From positions 12,868 through 76,867 of the forward strand of contig JACPRA010000020.1 in the NCBI GenBank assembly GCA_016190215.1: DNA of 64,000 nucleotides, given 5' to 3'. This stretch comes from Candidatus Omnitrophota bacterium (GTDB lineage Bacteria; Omnitrophota; Gorgyraeia; Aquiviventales; Aquiviventaceae). Positions 47,759 through 58,882 of the stretch are shown here, piece by piece. Under the pieces are notes generated by a model, which was given only the letters and a program-made list of their open reading frames with translations, ran no database searches and was not told the DNA's origin. Made by a program: the position numbers and the translations under genes. How positions within the stretch are numbered: the first letter of the stretch is position 1; every line of letters begins with the position of its first letter.

Positions 47759-48226
47759 CTACGACGCGGGGTGCCGCTTTGCCAGCAGGTCGTTGAGCTC
47801 GCGCATGAACTGCTCGGCGTCCTTGAACTCGCGGTAGACCGAGGCGAACCGCACGTAGGCGATGGGGTCCAGCTCGTGCAGGCGCTTCATCACCCGCTCG
47901 CCGATCTGCCGGGAGGGCACTTCGCGCTCCGCCTGGCGCGAGATGTCGCGCTCGATTTCGTCCACCAGGTCTTCGATCTGGTCCATGCTGATGGGGCGCT
48001 TCTCGCAAGCTTTGAGCAACCCGCCGAGGAGCTTGTCGCGGTCGAAGGGTTCGCGGCGGCCGTCCTTCTTGATGACCATGAGCCGCTCTTCCTCCACGTG
48101 CTCATAGGTCGTGAACCGCTTGCCGCAGGAGAGGCACTCGCGCCGGCGGCGGATGGCGGACCCTTCCGCGCTGGCGCGGGAATCCACCACCTTGTCCTCC
48201 TGATGGCCGCAGACGGGGCACTTCAT
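47759..48226 (-). CDS. nrdR: Transcriptional repressor NrdR
   Basis: [17 protein letters not shown] ... [12 protein letters not shown] has a zinc ribbon plus an ATP-cone. Confidence 0.9.
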   Translation of the reverse strand: MKCPVCGHQEDKVVDSRASAEGSAIRRRRECLSCGKRFTTYEHVEEERLMVIKKDGRREPFDRDKLLGGLLKACEKRPISMDQIEDLVDEIERDISRQAEREVPSRQIGERVMKRLHELDPIAYVRFASVYREFKDAEQFMRELNDLLAKRHPAS

Positions 48227-48290
48227 TGCGTTGAAGGCTAGCGTCCGGAACTCAGCGGCCAGATTTCAGAAGTCAGATCTCTGCCCTCTG

Positions 48291-49577
48291 TCATCCGACT
48301 TCTGAGCGCGAGGCCATATGTAATTCCGGATACAGGGGAAACTGCTCCGTCAGCGCTTCGACGCCGGAGCGGACGGCTTTCACGGCCTCCGCGTCCGCGC
48401 GGCCGATCAGCGCGTCGTCAATCAATTGGGCGATGCGGCGCATCTCCGCTTCTTTCATGCCGCGCGCCGTCACGGCCGGCGTGCCCAGGCGGATCCCGCT
48501 GGCCTTGCCGGGCGGCAGCGGATCGAACGGGATGGCGTTTTTGTTCACGGTGATCCGCGCGGCCTCCAGCGCCTCCTGCGCCTCTTTCCCGTTCACGCCC
48601 TTCGACGTCACGTCCACAAGCATCAGGTGGTTGTCCGTTCCGCCGGAGACGATCCGGTAGCCGCGGCCCGCCATCGCCGAGGCCAGCGTCTTGGCGTTGG
48701 CGACCACCTGCCGCTGGTACTGCGCGAACTCCGCGGAAGCCGCGTCGCGGAAGCAGACCGCTTTGGCGGCGATCACGTGCATCAGCGGCCCGCCCTGGAT
48801 GCCGGGGAACACCGCGGAATCAATCGCCTTGGCATAGGCCTGCCGGCAGAGGATGAAGCCGCCGCGCGGGCCGCGCAAGGTCTTATGGGTGGTGGAAGTG
48901 ACGACGTCCGACACCGGGACGGGGTTCGGGTACACGCCGCCGGCCACGAGGCCGGCAAAATGGGCCATGTCCACCATCAAGAGCGCGCCCACCTCATCGG
49001 CGATGGCGCGGAACCGCGCAAAATCTAATACCCTAGAGTAGGCGGAATAGCCGGCCATGATCAGCTTAGGCCGGTGCTCGCGCGCGAGTGCGGCCACCTC
49101 ATCGTAGTTGATCTGCTCGGTCCCCTGGCTCACCCCGTAGGGGATGATGGTGAAGAGCCGGCCGGAGTAATTCTTGGGATGCCCATGCGAGAGGTGCCCG
49201 CCGTGCGCCAGGCTCATGGCGAGGATCTTGTCGCCCGGCTGCAGCAGGGCGAACAGCACGGCGATGTTGGCCTCGGTGCCGGAATGGGGCTGCACGTTGG
49301 CGTGCTCGGCGCCGAAGAGAGCCTTGACCCGGTCGATCGCCAGTTGCTCGACGACGTCCACGAACTCGCAGCCGCCGTACCAGCGCGCCTTGGGGTAGCC
49401 TTCGGCGTATTTGTTGGTCAGCACGGAGCCTTGCGCTTCCAGCACGGCGAGGCTGGTGAAATTCTCCGAGGCGATCAGCTCCAGGTGCTCGTGCTGGCGT
49501 CGGCGCTCGCCCTGGATCGCCGCGTAAATGTCCGGGTCGTTCTCCTGCAACCGCCCCATCGAGTCGCTCTCCTTCAT
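48291..49577 (-). CDS. glyA: Serine hydroxymethyltransferase
   Basis: [12 protein letters not shown] plus a PLP-binding region. The start overlaps the rpiB stop (ATGA). Confidence 0.9.
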   Translation of the reverse strand: MKESDSMGRLQENDPDIYAAIQGERRRQHEHLELIASENFTSLAVLEAQGSVLTNKYAEGYPKARWYGGCEFVDVVEQLAIDRVKALFGAEHANVQPHSGTEANIAVLFALLQPGDKILAMSLAHGGHLSHGHPKNYSGRLFTIIPYGVSQGTEQINYDEVAALAREHRPKLIMAGYSAYSRVLDFARFRAIADEVGALLMVDMAHFAGLVAGGVYPNPVPVSDVVTSTTHKTLRGPRGGFILCRQAYAKAIDSAVFPGIQGGPLMHVIAAKAVCFRDAASAEFAQYQRQVVANAKTLASAMAGRGYRIVSGGTDNHLMLVDVTSKGVNGKEAQEALEAARITVNKNAIPFDPLPPGKASGIRLGTPAVTARGMKEAEMRRIAQLIDDALIGRADAEAVKAVRSGVEALTEQFPLYPELHMASRSEVG

Positions 49578-50128
49578 GACGATGTTGAGCTGCGTGATCG
49601 TGTCGCCGGGGCGGCAGCGCGCGCGCCCGCGAGAATCTTCCGTTCCAACGCGGCGATCTGCCGGACGCGCCGCTCATGCCGGCCGCCGGACTCAAAGGGG
49701 GTCGCGAACCAGGCGGCGACGATGCGGCGGGCCGCCGCGAGCGGCAGGCGCTCCGCGCCGAGCACCAGCACGTTGGCGTCGTTATGGCTGCGGCTGCGCT
49801 CCGCGTCGAACAGGTCGTGGCAGACCGCAGCACGGATGCCGGGCACCTTGTTGGCGGCGATGGCGATGCCGACACCGGACTTACACAGCAGCACCCCGCG
49901 GCTGAACGAGCCGGAGGCCACCGCTTGGGCCACCTTGAAGCCGATGGCCGGATAGTCGCACGCCTCCGGCGAATGGGTCCCCAGGTCGGCCACCTCGTAC
50001 CCCAGGTCCGACAACCAGGCCACCACCTTCGCCTTGAGCTCAAACCCGCCGTGGTCGGCCCCGACGGCGACCCGGTGGGCGATGCCGCGCGCCTGGCCAG
50101 ATTTTTTGTGAACCATGCGCCGGCTCAT
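49574..50128 (-). CDS. rpiB: Ribose-5-phosphate isomerase B
   Basis: [10 protein letters not shown]...[15 protein letters not shown] is the RpiB/LacAB family. Confidence 0.8.
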   Translation of the reverse strand: MSRRMVHKKSGQARGIAHRVAVGADHGGFELKAKVVAWLSDLGYEVADLGTHSPEACDYPAIGFKVAQAVASGSFSRGVLLCKSGVGIAIAANKVPGIRAAVCHDLFDAERSRSHNDANVLVLGAERLPLAAARRIVAAWFATPFESGGRHERRVRQIAALERKILAGARAAAPATRSRSSTSS

Positions 50129-50173
50129 TCGCGCTCTCCGTCACTTTGCCACTCTGTCACTTGGCCACTCATC

Positions 50174-50671
50174 CTATGGCTCCTGGGGAGCGAAGAGCGC
50201 ATTGGCGACCCGCTCGACGCACGTTCGAATCAGGGCAAAACATCGTTCATACACCTCCGGCGGTTTGCCGATGGGATCCGGAATGTCGGCGTCCAGCGAC
50301 GCAACGTCGGACGCCAGGGGCAGCCCGAACGTTTTGAGCAGATGCACTTTTGGCGTGGCGTCCGGCACGCGCCGGACGAGTTCATTCGCCTGGAACCGTT
50401 CCATCACGAAAATGAGGTCCGCCTCCCGAATCAGGCGGTCTGTCACGACCTGCGCCATGTGGGAAGACATATCAATGCCCGCCTGCTGCAGGAGCCGCAC
50501 GGTGTCCCGCGAGGGCGGCATGCCCTCGATGGCGAAGATGCCGGCCGAGGCCACCTCCACCGGCTCGCTGAGCCGGTGCTCCTGCTGCTTGAGCGCATGC
50601 TGGAGCAACCCCTGCGCCATCACGCTACGGCAGCTGTTGCCGGTGCAAACCAACAGGATGCGCTTCGGCAT
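50174..50671 (-). CDS. Low-molecular-weight protein tyrosine phosphatase / ArsC-like
   Basis: ILLVCTGNSCRSVMAQGLL is the CX5R P-loop. The start is placed at MPKRI. Confidence 0.7.
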   Translation of the reverse strand: MPKRILLVCTGNSCRSVMAQGLLQHALKQQEHRLSEPVEVASAGIFAIEGMPPSRDTVRLLQQAGIDMSSHMAQVVTDRLIREADLIFVMERFQANELVRRVPDATPKVHLLKTFGLPLASDVASLDADIPDPIGKPPEVYERCFALIRTCVERVANALFAPQEP

Positions 50672-50687
50672 CGCTGCAACCCCTTCG

Positions 50688-51290
50688 TCACGCCGCCTCA
50701 AGGGCGGCCGCGGAGATGGCGCCTTCGCGCAAGATCTGCAGGCGGCCGCCGACGACGGACACCACGGTGGATTCCCGCCCCAGCGGCGTCGGGCCGGCAT
50801 CGAGCAGGCATTCGCACGCCTCGCCGAGCGCGGCCAGCACTTCCGGGCTGTCGGTCGGCGGAGGAGAACCTGAGCGGTTGGCGCTGGGCGCGACGACGGG
50901 CGTGCCGCACGCTTGCAGGAACGCCTGGGCCACGGCGTGCTGCGGCAGCCGGAACCCCAATGACCCGGTCCGCGCCGGCATCACGATGGTCAACGGGCCG
51001 GGCCAAAACTTGTCCATCAGGCGCTGGGCGATGGGCGGCACCGCATCCACGAACTCCCGCACCTGGGCAACGGAATAGAGATGCAGCGAATAGGGCTTCT
51101 CCGGCGGGCGCCCCTTCACGCGGTTGAGGCGCTCGATGGCCTTGGGGTTGTTCGCGGCGGCCGCGAGGCCGTAGACCGTCTCGGTGGGAAACGCCACGAG
51201 CCCGCCGCGCCGAATGCGGTCGGCCGCGTCCTTGATGGCGGCCGGATCAATGTCGCTGGGGTTGACTGTGAGAATCACAGGCTGGGCCAT
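50688..51290 (-). CDS. tsaC: L-threonylcarbamoyladenylate synthase (YrdC/TsaC family)
   Basis: GGLVAFPTETVYGLAA ... KGRPPEKPYSLHL. Confidence 0.85.
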   Translation of the reverse strand: MAQPVILTVNPSDIDPAAIKDAADRIRRGGLVAFPTETVYGLAAAANNPKAIERLNRVKGRPPEKPYSLHLYSVAQVREFVDAVPPIAQRLMDKFWPGPLTIVMPARTGSLGFRLPQHAVAQAFLQACGTPVVAPSANRSGSPPPTDSPEVLAALGEACECLLDAGPTPLGRESTVVSVVGGRLQILREGAISAAALEAA

Positions 51291-51299
51291 GGAGATGTG

Positions 51300-51872
51300 T
51301 TAGGCGCGTCCGCCACCCCGGCCCGCCGGCGGTACTTTCTGCCGGGGCGGGCGGCGAGGAGCTGTCTCGGCGGGCCGGGGGATCCGCTTGCCCAATGCGC
51401 GGTCGGCTTGCAGGCACTTCCGGGCCAGCTCGCGCTTATAGGCCGTGAGTTTCGCGCGCAAGGCGGCGTCGTGCAGCGCCAACATCTGCACCGCCAGGAT
51501 GGCGGCGTTGGCGGCATTGCCGATCGCCACCGTCGCCACCGGCACGCCGCGCGGCATCTGGACGGTGGAGAGCAGGCTGTCCAGCCCGTTGAGCGACGGG
51601 GTGCTCACCGGCACGCCGATGACCGGGCGGATCGTGTGCGCCGCCACCGCGCCGGCCAGGTGGGCTGCCCCGCCGGCCGCCGCGATAAAGACGGCCGTGC
51701 CCTGGCGCGAGGCCCGCTCCACGTACTGCCGCAACGGCGCCGGGCTGCGGTGCGCGGAAAGCACCCGGACGTCGGAGGAGAGGCCGAAATCCTTCAGCAC
51801 CGTAGCGGCCGACTCCATCACCGGCCAATCCGAATCCGATCCCATGAGAATGGCGACTAGGGCTTGTTTCAT
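51300..51872 (-). CDS. purE: N5-carboxyaminoimidazole ribonucleotide mutase, with Pro/Arg-rich C-terminal extension
   Basis: LMGSDSDWPVM ... AAGGAAHLAG. The roughly 25-aa C-terminal tail RIPRPAETAPRRPPRQKVPPAGRGGGRA is not typical of PurE. Confidence 0.8.
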   Translation of the reverse strand: MKQALVAILMGSDSDWPVMESAATVLKDFGLSSDVRVLSAHRSPAPLRQYVERASRQGTAVFIAAAGGAAHLAGAVAAHTIRPVIGVPVSTPSLNGLDSLLSTVQMPRGVPVATVAIGNAANAAILAVQMLALHDAALRAKLTAYKRELARKCLQADRALGKRIPRPAETAPRRPPRQKVPPAGRGGGRA

Positions 51873-52003
51873 CGCTCGTCTCTCCAGGTTATCGGTCGTC
51901 GGAAACTGGTCACGTCAGTCGTAACGTCCCACGATGATTGGTAACGTCAACAACCGACGGCCGTGTGCCGACAACCGGCACCATCTTCGTGACCGATCAC
52001 CGT

Positions 52004-53287
52004 TTACCGAGTGATAGGTTTCTTCATCGCGCGCCAGGCGATGTCCTTGCGGTACACCATGCCCTCGTAGCTGATGTCATCAATGGCGCGGTACACTTTC
52101 TTCACGGCCGACTCGATATCCACGTCCGTCGCCACGACGTTGAGCACCCGTCCGCCCCACGTGACGAACCGGTTGCGGTCCCGCTTGGTGCCGCCGTGGA
52201 AGACCGCGACCCCCTCGCGGCCCTTCAGCTTGTCGAGGCCCTTGATCTCTTTGCCGATCTGGTATTCGCCGGGGTAGCCCTGGGAGGCCAGCACGACGCA
52301 GACGCAGGAGCCCTCCTGCCACTCGCAGTGGTCCGCGGAGAGGCGCCCTTCCACCGTGTCGTCGAGGAGCGACACCAGATCGCTCTTGAGCAGCGGGAGA
52401 ATCGCCTGCAGCTCCGGGTCGCCGAAGCGCACGTTGTATTCCAGCACTTTCGGCCCCTCCGGCGTCATCATGAGCCCGGCGTAGAGCACGCCGCGGAACA
52501 AGATGCCCTCATTGGCCAGTCCTTTCAGCGTCGGGTGGATCACCTGCGTCATGATCTGCTTCGCCAAGGCGTCCGTCACCACCGGGGCCGGGGCGTACGC
52601 GCCCATGCCGCCGGTGTTCGGCCCCTTGTCGTGGTCCAGCAGCCGCTTGTGGTCCTGCGAGGTCAGCAGTGGCACCGCGGTCGTACCGTCGGTGAGCACG
52701 ATGATGGAGGCCTCTTCGCCCTGCAATCGCTCCTCGACGACGATGCGCTCGCCGGCTTGCTTGAAGATGTGGTCTTCCATCAGCAGGTCAATGGCGCCCA
52801 GCGCTTCGCTGAGCGTGCTGGCGACGATGGTGCCTTTGCCGCCGCAGAGCCCGTCCGCCTTCACTACGATGGGCGCGCCCACCTGGCGGACGTAGGCCCG
52901 GGCCGCCTGGGCGTCGTCGAACACGGCGAACTGCCCGGTCGGCACGTGGTATTTCTTCATGAGGGTCTTGGCGAAGGCTTTGCTGGATTCCAAGCGGGCG
53001 GCCGCTTTGCCCGGGCCGAAGATCCGCAGGCCGCGCTTCTCGAAGACGTCCACGATGCCCTTGGCCAGCGGCCCTTCCGGCCCGACGATGGTCAAGTCAA
53101 CGTCCTTCGTCTCGGCGAACTCCGCGAGAGCTTCCAAATCCTCCGGGCCGATCTCCACCGGCTCCGCCAATTCGCTGATGCCGCCGTTGCCCGGCGCGCA
53201 GTAGATCGCCTGGACCTCCGGCGACTGGCTCAGCTTCCAGATTAAGGCATGCTCCCGGCCGCCGGATCCCACCACCAGTACCTTCAT
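52004..53287 (-). CDS. purD: Phosphoribosylamine--glycine ligase
   Basis: MKVLVVGSGGREHALIWKL. Confidence 0.9.
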   Translation of the reverse strand: MKVLVVGSGGREHALIWKLSQSPEVQAIYCAPGNGGISELAEPVEIGPEDLEALAEFAETKDVDLTIVGPEGPLAKGIVDVFEKRGLRIFGPGKAAARLESSKAFAKTLMKKYHVPTGQFAVFDDAQAARAYVRQVGAPIVVKADGLCGGKGTIVASTLSEALGAIDLLMEDHIFKQAGERIVVEERLQGEEASIIVLTDGTTAVPLLTSQDHKRLLDHDKGPNTGGMGAYAPAPVVTDALAKQIMTQVIHPTLKGLANEGILFRGVLYAGLMMTPEGPKVLEYNVRFGDPELQAILPLLKSDLVSLLDDTVEGRLSADHCEWQEGSCVCVVLASQGYPGEYQIGKEIKGLDKLKGREGVAVFHGGTKRDRNRFVTWGGRVLNVVATDVDIESAVKKVYRAIDDISYEGMVYRKDIAWRAMKKPITR

Positions 53288-53318
53288 CGCACGGACCCCT
53301 CCGACACGCTCGCGTTGC

Positions 53319-54305
53319 TCATGAGCGCCGCTCCACCGTTCCGATGGGCCACGCGGCCACACCGGCTTGCCGCAGCATCCGGATCACTCCGGCGCCCTCG
53401 CGCGGCGCGCACACCAGCGCCATGCCGATCCCCATGTTGAATGTTGACTCCATCTGCTCGTCGGTCACCTGCCCGGCGGCCTGGATGTGGCGAAAGATCT
53501 CCGGCACCGGCCAGCTCCCTGGCCGCCAGGCCACGTCCAGCGACGGCTGGCGGGCCGTAAGGCTGGCCAGGCGCCGGCGCAGCCCGCCGCCAGTCACGTG
53601 CGCCATCGCACGGATCCGGAACCGTCGCAGCACCGCCAACACCGGCTTGACGTAAATCTTCGTCGGCGTCAACAGGTCCCGGCCCCAGCGCTTGAGCCCG
53701 CGGGACCCCAGCGCCGCCCGCACCAGCGAAAACCCGTTGGCATGGACGCCGGAGGAGGCCAGCCCGATCACCGCATCCCCGGCGCGCACCGCCGAGCCGT
53801 CCACGATGGCGCGGCGCTCCACGATGCCGACGCAGAACCCGGCGATATCGTACTCGCCCGGCTTGTAGACGCCCGGCATCTCGGCGGTTTCTCCGCCGGT
53901 CAAGGCGCACCCGCTCTGCGCGCAGCCATCGGCCACACCGCGGACCAGCGCAGAGAGCAGCCGCCGGTCAATTTTTCCCATCGCCACATAATCCAGGAAG
54001 AAGAGCGGCCGCGCGCCGTAGACCAACACGTCGTTGACGTTCATCGCCACCGCGTCCACCCCGATGCCCTCATGCCGGCCGAGGAGCTGGGCGACTTTGA
54101 GCTTCGTGCCGACCCCGTCGGTGGACGACACCAGCACCGGATCGCGGTACCGGCCGCGCCCCAGCGCGAACAACCCGGCGAACTGTCCGCGGTCCGGCAG
54201 CACTTCCGGCCCATGCGTGGCGCGGATGACCGGCCCAAGCTGATGGAGCCAGCGGTCGGTGGCGGCGATGTTGACGCCGGCTTTCCGATACGTCACACCC
54301 TTCAT
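53319..54305 (-). CDS. purM: Phosphoribosylformylglycinamidine cyclo-ligase
   Basis: VLVSSTDGVGTKLKVA is the PurM motif. The start is at MKGVTYRK. Confidence 0.85.
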   Translation of the reverse strand: MKGVTYRKAGVNIAATDRWLHQLGPVIRATHGPEVLPDRGQFAGLFALGRGRYRDPVLVSSTDGVGTKLKVAQLLGRHEGIGVDAVAMNVNDVLVYGARPLFFLDYVAMGKIDRRLLSALVRGVADGCAQSGCALTGGETAEMPGVYKPGEYDIAGFCVGIVERRAIVDGSAVRAGDAVIGLASSGVHANGFSLVRAALGSRGLKRWGRDLLTPTKIYVKPVLAVLRRFRIRAMAHVTGGGLRRRLASLTARQPSLDVAWRPGSWPVPEIFRHIQAAGQVTDEQMESTFNMGIGMALVCAPREGAGVIRMLRQAGVAAWPIGTVERRS

Positions 54306-54350
54306 CGTCGCTCGTCGCTCGTCGCTCGTGATCCACGAGCGACGATCCAC
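54306..54350. repeat. CGTCGCT heptamer tandem plus palindrome, abutting the purM start codon
   Basis: cgtcgctcgtcgctcgtcgctcgtgatccacgagcgacgatccacg contains three tandem heptamers and a self-complementary core (cgctcgtgatccacgagcg). Confidence 0.75.
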
Positions 54351-54369
54351 GATTCCCGATTCACCGGCA

Positions 54370-55797
54370 TCATTGCGGTCCTTCGCCGGCGTGCTTCTCC
54401 AGCGCGAACTTGTCCCCCTCATCGCCGAAGGGAATGGGATACTGGCCGGTCCAGCAGGCCGTGCAGTAGCGCTCCGGGTGCGTGACGCCTTTCTGCAGCC
54501 GCTCCAGCGAGAGGTAGCCGAGGGTGTCCGCCCCGATGAATTTGCGGATCTCCTCCAGCGACATCCGGTTGGCGATCAGCTCTTTCCTCGTCGGAAAATC
54601 CACCCCGTAGAAGCAGGAATACGACGTCGGCGGGCAGCTGATGCGCATGTGCACTTCTTTCGCGCCCGCTTCCCGAAGGCTTTTGATGCGCGCGCGCGTC
54701 GTCGTGCCGCGGATGAGCGAGTCATCCACGACCACCAAGCGCTTCCCTTTGATGATGTCGCGGATCGGATTGAACTTCACGCGCACTTTGAGGTCGCGGA
54801 TTTCCTGGGCGGGCTGGATGAAGGTCCGCCCGACGTAGTGGTTGCGGATGATGCCCAGCGCGAAGGGTATCTGCGACTCCAGGCTGAAACCCAGGGCGGC
54901 GAAGTTGCCTGAGTCCGGGATCGGCATCACCAGGTCCGCCTTCACCGGGTGCTCCTGGGCGAGCTGGCGTCCCAGTTTGACCCGCACCTCCTGCACGCTC
55001 TCGCCGAAGATGCGCGAGTCCGGCCGCGCGAAGTAGACATGCTCGAAGAGGCAATGGGTCGGCTGGACGGCCGGCTGGTCCTTGAAGGGAAACAGCGAGC
55101 GGAGGCCGGTCGGGCTGATGACGAGCACTTCGCCGGGGGCGACTTCGCGCACGAACCGCGCGCCGATCAGGTCCAGAGCGCACGTCTCCGATGCCAGCAC
55201 GTAGGTCTTGTTCAGCTTGCCCAAGCAGAGCGGCTTGAACCCGTTGGGGTCGCGGCAGCCGAACAGGCCGTCCGGCGTCAGGCACAGCAGCGAGTAGGCG
55301 CCCTTGAGCATCGGCAGCGACTCCATCAAATCTTCCTCAAAGGTCTTGTGTGTGGAGCGCGCCAGCAGGTGCAGGATGATCTCGCTGTCAATGCTGGTCT
55401 GGAAGATGGAGCCGGTCCCTTCGAGCATCCGGCGCAGCTCGTAGGCGTTGACCAAGTTGCCGTTGTGCGCGAGCGCGACCGAGCCCTTGGCGTACGTCAC
55501 CAGCAGGGGCTGCGCGTTCTTGAGGTGGCTCGAGCCGGTGGTGGAGTAGCGCGTGTGGCCGATGGCGGCGCGGCCGGGCAGCAGCCGCAGCGCCTCCTCA
55601 TGGAAGACCTCGGACACCAAGCCCTGCCCCTTGTGGGAATGCATCTTGCGGCCCTGGGAGGTGACGATGCCGGCCGCTTCTTCGCCGCGATGCTGCAGCG
55701 AATACAACCCCAGATAGGTCAGCCGCGCGGCGTCGCGATGGCTCCAAATGCCGAAGAGCCCGCAGGCTTCTTTGGCGCGGTCTTGATCCACACTCAT
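54370..55797 (-). CDS. purF: Amidophosphoribosyltransferase
   Basis: CGLFGIW contains the N-terminal nucleophile Cys, preceded by a short propeptide. The start at MSVDQ gives an ATGA overlap with the purL stop; the ORF also extends to 55824. Confidence 0.85.
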   Translation of the reverse strand: MSVDQDRAKEACGLFGIWSHRDAARLTYLGLYSLQHRGEEAAGIVTSQGRKMHSHKGQGLVSEVFHEEALRLLPGRAAIGHTRYSTTGSSHLKNAQPLLVTYAKGSVALAHNGNLVNAYELRRMLEGTGSIFQTSIDSEIILHLLARSTHKTFEEDLMESLPMLKGAYSLLCLTPDGLFGCRDPNGFKPLCLGKLNKTYVLASETCALDLIGARFVREVAPGEVLVISPTGLRSLFPFKDQPAVQPTHCLFEHVYFARPDSRIFGESVQEVRVKLGRQLAQEHPVKADLVMPIPDSGNFAALGFSLESQIPFALGIIRNHYVGRTFIQPAQEIRDLKVRVKFNPIRDIIKGKRLVVVDDSLIRGTTTRARIKSLREAGAKEVHMRISCPPTSYSCFYGVDFPTRKELIANRMSLEEIRKFIGADTLGYLSLERLQKGVTHPERYCTACWTGQYPIPFGDEGDKFALEKHAGEGPQ

Positions 55798-58100
55798 GCC
55801 GTCCTCCGAAACGCGCCACGCCATGCCGCGCTTAGTTCTCCGATGCCCGCGTCAATCCATTCCCCGATTTTCACGCGGCCTCCGCCGACGGTGCCGACCA
55901 ACCGCGCCGGCACGCCGGCGCGCGCGGTCAAGGCCGCCACCCGCTTGGTGCGGTGCGGCTCGCAGCTGATCACCACGCGCCCGGCGGACTCGCCGAAGAG
56001 CAGCGCATCTAATCTCAGTGACAGGTGACAGGTGACAAGTGACAGGTCCAACACAGCGCCAATGATATGATCCGGCTCCGCGATGCAGCACTCTGCCACC
56101 GCCACGGCCAGCCCGCCTTCGGCGCAATCATGCGCGGACTTCCACAGCCCGGCCCGCGCGCCCTCCACCAGCAACTGCTGCAACCGGCGCTCCGCCGCCA
56201 AGTCCACGCGCGGCGGCCGGCCCTGCTTGCGGTGATGGATCAGCTTGAGATATTCGCTCGCCCCCAGCTCCTCGCGCGTCTCGCCCAGCAGCCAGACCAG
56301 ATCTCCTTCATCCTTAAATCCCATCGTCACCGGCGCATAGCAGGCGCGTCCCTCTGTATGCTGTATGCTGTGTGCTGTGTGCTGAATCAATCCGATCATC
56401 CCGATCACCGGCGTGGGGTCCACCGCTCCGCGCGGGCTTTCGTTGTAGAGGCTGACATTGCCGCCGGTCACCGGCGTGCCGAAGGCGCGGCAGGCCTCGG
56501 AGATGCCGCGCACGCATTCGCGAAACTGCCACATGACGCCGGGGTCCAAGGGGCTGCCGAAATTGAGGCAATCCGTCACCGCCAGCGGCTCGGCCCCGAC
56601 GCAGGCCACGTTGCGCGCGGCTTCGGCCACGGCGAGCTTACCGCCTTCGTACGGGTCGAGCAGGCAGTACGTGCCATTGGCGTCCGTCGTCGCGGCCAGC
56701 AGCGTGCCGGTGCCTTTCAGGCGCAGCACCGCCGCGTCCGACCGGCCCGGCAGCACGACGGTGTTGGTCTGGACCATGTGGTCGTACTGCTCGTATACGG
56801 CTGCTTTATCGGCGATCGTGGGCGAGCCCAGCAGCTGCAGCAGGGTGTGATTCAGGTCGCGCGGCACCGGCACGGCGCGCAGCGGCAAGCGCTGGAGACG
56901 CGCAAAGCCCGCCGGGCGCTTGACCGGGCGGCGGTAGACCGGCGCCCCGTGCGTCAGCGCGGCGACCGGGGCATCCGCCACGAGCTCAGTCCCGTCGAAG
57001 ACGCGCACCCGGTCGCCGCCGGTGACGCGGCCGATCGTCACGGCATTCAATCCCCATTTGGCGAAGAGCTTCTTCACCGCGGCTTCTTGGCCCTGCTTAG
57101 CGATGAGCAGCATCCGCTCCTGCGATTCGGAGAGCATCACCTCGTAGGGCGTCATGCCGGTTTCGCGCCGGGGCACTTTGGCGACGTCAATCTCCATGCC
57201 GCACCCGCCGCGCGACGCGGTCTCAGAGGTGGAGCAGGTCAAGCCGGCGGCACCCATGTCCTGGATGCCGACGACGTCGCCGGTGGCCAGCGCCTCCAGC
57301 GTCGCCTCGATCAGACATTTCTCGGCGAACGGATCGCCAAGCTGCACCGCCGGGCGGTCCGCTTCGGATTCGTCGCTCAGCTCCCGCGAGGCGAAGCTGG
57401 CCCCGCCCAGGCCGTCGCGGCCCGTCGAGGAGCCGACGTAGATCACCGGGTTGCCCCTCCCGCGCGCCGCACCCTTCGCCACCGCTGTGTGCGGCACGAC
57501 GCCGATGCACATCACGTTGACCAGCGGATTCTCCCGATACGCTTCATCGAAGTAGATTTCTCCGCCCACCGTCGGCACGCCGACGGAGTTGCCGTAATCG
57601 GCGATGCCTTTCACGACCCCCTCGAACAGGAACCGCGTGCGGGCGTGGCCGTTGAGCGGACCGAAGCGCAGGCTGTCGAACAGCGCAATCGGCCGCGCGC
57701 CCATCGTGAAGATGTCGCGGATGATGCCGCCGACCCCGGTGGCCGCCCCGGCATGCGGTTCCACCGCTGAGGGGTGGTTGTGCGACTCGGCCTTGAACGC
57801 GACTGCCAGGCCGTCGCCGATATCCACCAGCCCCGCATTCTCCTTGCCGGCCGCCACCAGGATCCGCTTGCCTTTCGTCGGAAACGTCCTCAGATAAATC
57901 TTCGAGCTCGCGTAAGAACAATGTTCGGCCCAGAGGACGCCAAACATTCCCACTTCGGTCAGCGTGGGCGGGCGGCGCAGGATGCGCACGATCTGCGCGT
58001 ACTGCTCATCAGTCAGGTTGTGCGATTTCGCCACCCGACGGACGAGCCGCTCATCGTCTTTCACTGTGGGAGCCGTCGGCCTGGCTGGACTCATCGGCAC
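55794..58100 (-). CDS. purL: Phosphoribosylformylglycinamidine synthase subunit PurL, carrying two in-frame repeat insertions
   Basis: Full-length PurL (768 aa). The GTGACAG repeat at 56003-56047 encodes ...[15 protein letters not shown]... The GCTGTGT repeat at 56338-56382 encodes ...[15 protein letters not shown]... Both are in frame. Confidence 0.9.
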   Translation of the reverse strand: MPMSPARPTAPTVKDDERLVRRVAKSHNLTDEQYAQIVRILRRPPTLTEVGMFGVLWAEHCSYASSKIYLRTFPTKGKRILVAAGKENAGLVDIGDGLAVAFKAESHNHPSAVEPHAGAATGVGGIIRDIFTMGARPIALFDSLRFGPLNGHARTRFLFEGVVKGIADYGNSVGVPTVGGEIYFDEAYRENPLVNVMCIGVVPHTAVAKGAARGRGNPVIYVGSSTGRDGLGGASFASRELSDESEADRPAVQLGDPFAEKCLIEATLEALATGDVVGIQDMGAAGLTCSTSETASRGGCGMEIDVAKVPRRETGMTPYEVMLSESQERMLLIAKQGQEAAVKKLFAKWGLNAVTIGRVTGGDRVRVFDGTELVADAPVAALTHGAPVYRRPVKRPAGFARLQRLPLRAVPVPRDLNHTLLQLLGSPTIADKAAVYEQYDHMVQTNTVVLPGRSDAAVLRLKGTGTLLAATTDANGTYCLLDPYEGGKLAVAEAARNVACVGAEPLAVTDCLNFGSPLDPGVMWQFRECVRGISEACRAFGTPVTGGNVSLYNESPRGAVDPTPVIGMIGLIQHTAHSIQHTEGRACYAPVTMGFKDEGDLVWLLGETREELGASEYLKLIHHRKQGRPPRVDLAAERRLQQLLVEGARAGLWKSAHDCAEGGLAVAVAECCIAEPDHIIGAVLDLSLVTCHLSLRLDALLFGESAGRVVISCEPHRTKRVAALTARAGVPARLVGTVGGGRVKIGEWIDAGIGELSAAWRGAFRRTA
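56003..56047. repeat. Family-2 GTGACAG repeat arm inside the purL coding sequence
   Basis: cagtgacaggtgacaggtgacaagtgacaggtcc. It has no partner arm nearby. Confidence 0.8.
56338..56382. repeat. Family-1 GCTGTGT/ATGCTGT repeat arm inside the purL coding sequence
   Basis: ctctgtatgctgtatgctgtgtgctgtgtgctgaatc. Confidence 0.8.
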
Positions 58101-58786
58101 GCCACCGACTGGAGAATAGATTCAAACACGCCGCGGCCGTCGGCGGAGCCCAGCGACGGCTCCGAGGCGCGTTCCGGGTGCGGCATCATGCCCAGCACGT
58201 TGCCGGCCTCATTGCACAGCCCGGCGATGGCCTCCAGCGACCCGTTGGGGTTGGCGGCGTCGGTCACTTGCCCATCCGCGTCGCAGTACCGGAAGAGCAC
58301 CTGGCCACGCTCCGCGATCCGCTTCAACCCGGCCGCATCCACCGTGTAATTACCCTCGTTGTGGGCGATGGGCAAGCGCAGCACCTGGCCCGGCTGGAAC
58401 CGGTTGGTGAAGGGCGTGTCGGTCCGCTCCACCCGCACCGTCACGTAGCGGCAGATGAACCGCAAACTGGTATTACGCAGCATCGCGCCGGGCAGCAGCC
58501 CGGCCTCGAGCAGGATCTGGAAACCGTTGCAGATGCCGATCACCAGCCCGCCGTCCTTGGCGAAGGCCGCGACGGACTTCATCACCGGCGAGAGCTTCGC
58601 GATCGCGCCGGTCCGCAGGTAGTCGCCGTAGCTGAAGCCGCCCGGCAGCACCACACAGTCGCACCCGCGCAGCGAGGACTCTTGGTGCCACAACAGCACC
58701 ACCTCCTGCTCCAGCACGTCGCGCAGCACGTGCACGCAGTCCTGGTCGCAGTTCGATCCGGGGAACACCACCACGCCGAATTTCAT
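58091..58786 (-). CDS. purQ: Phosphoribosylformylglycinamidine synthase glutaminase subunit
   Basis: [16 protein letters not shown]. The GATase1 Cys is in GICNGFQ. Confidence 0.9.
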   Translation of the reverse strand: MKFGVVVFPGSNCDQDCVHVLRDVLEQEVVLLWHQESSLRGCDCVVLPGGFSYGDYLRTGAIAKLSPVMKSVAAFAKDGGLVIGICNGFQILLEAGLLPGAMLRNTSLRFICRYVTVRVERTDTPFTNRFQPGQVLRLPIAHNEGNYTVDAAGLKRIAERGQVLFRYCDADGQVTDAANPNGSLEAIAGLCNEAGNVLGMMPHPERASEPSLGSADGRGVFESILQSVACR

Positions 58787-58882
58787 GAGAGAACCCTGAA
58801 GTAAGAAGTAGGAAGTATGATGTATGAACTGGAAAAACTGCTTGGCCGTTTCATACTTCCGACTTCATACCTCTTACTTCGA

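Noticed and set aside
56067-57770. 567-aa plus-strand ORF
   Set aside because: Antisense to purL.
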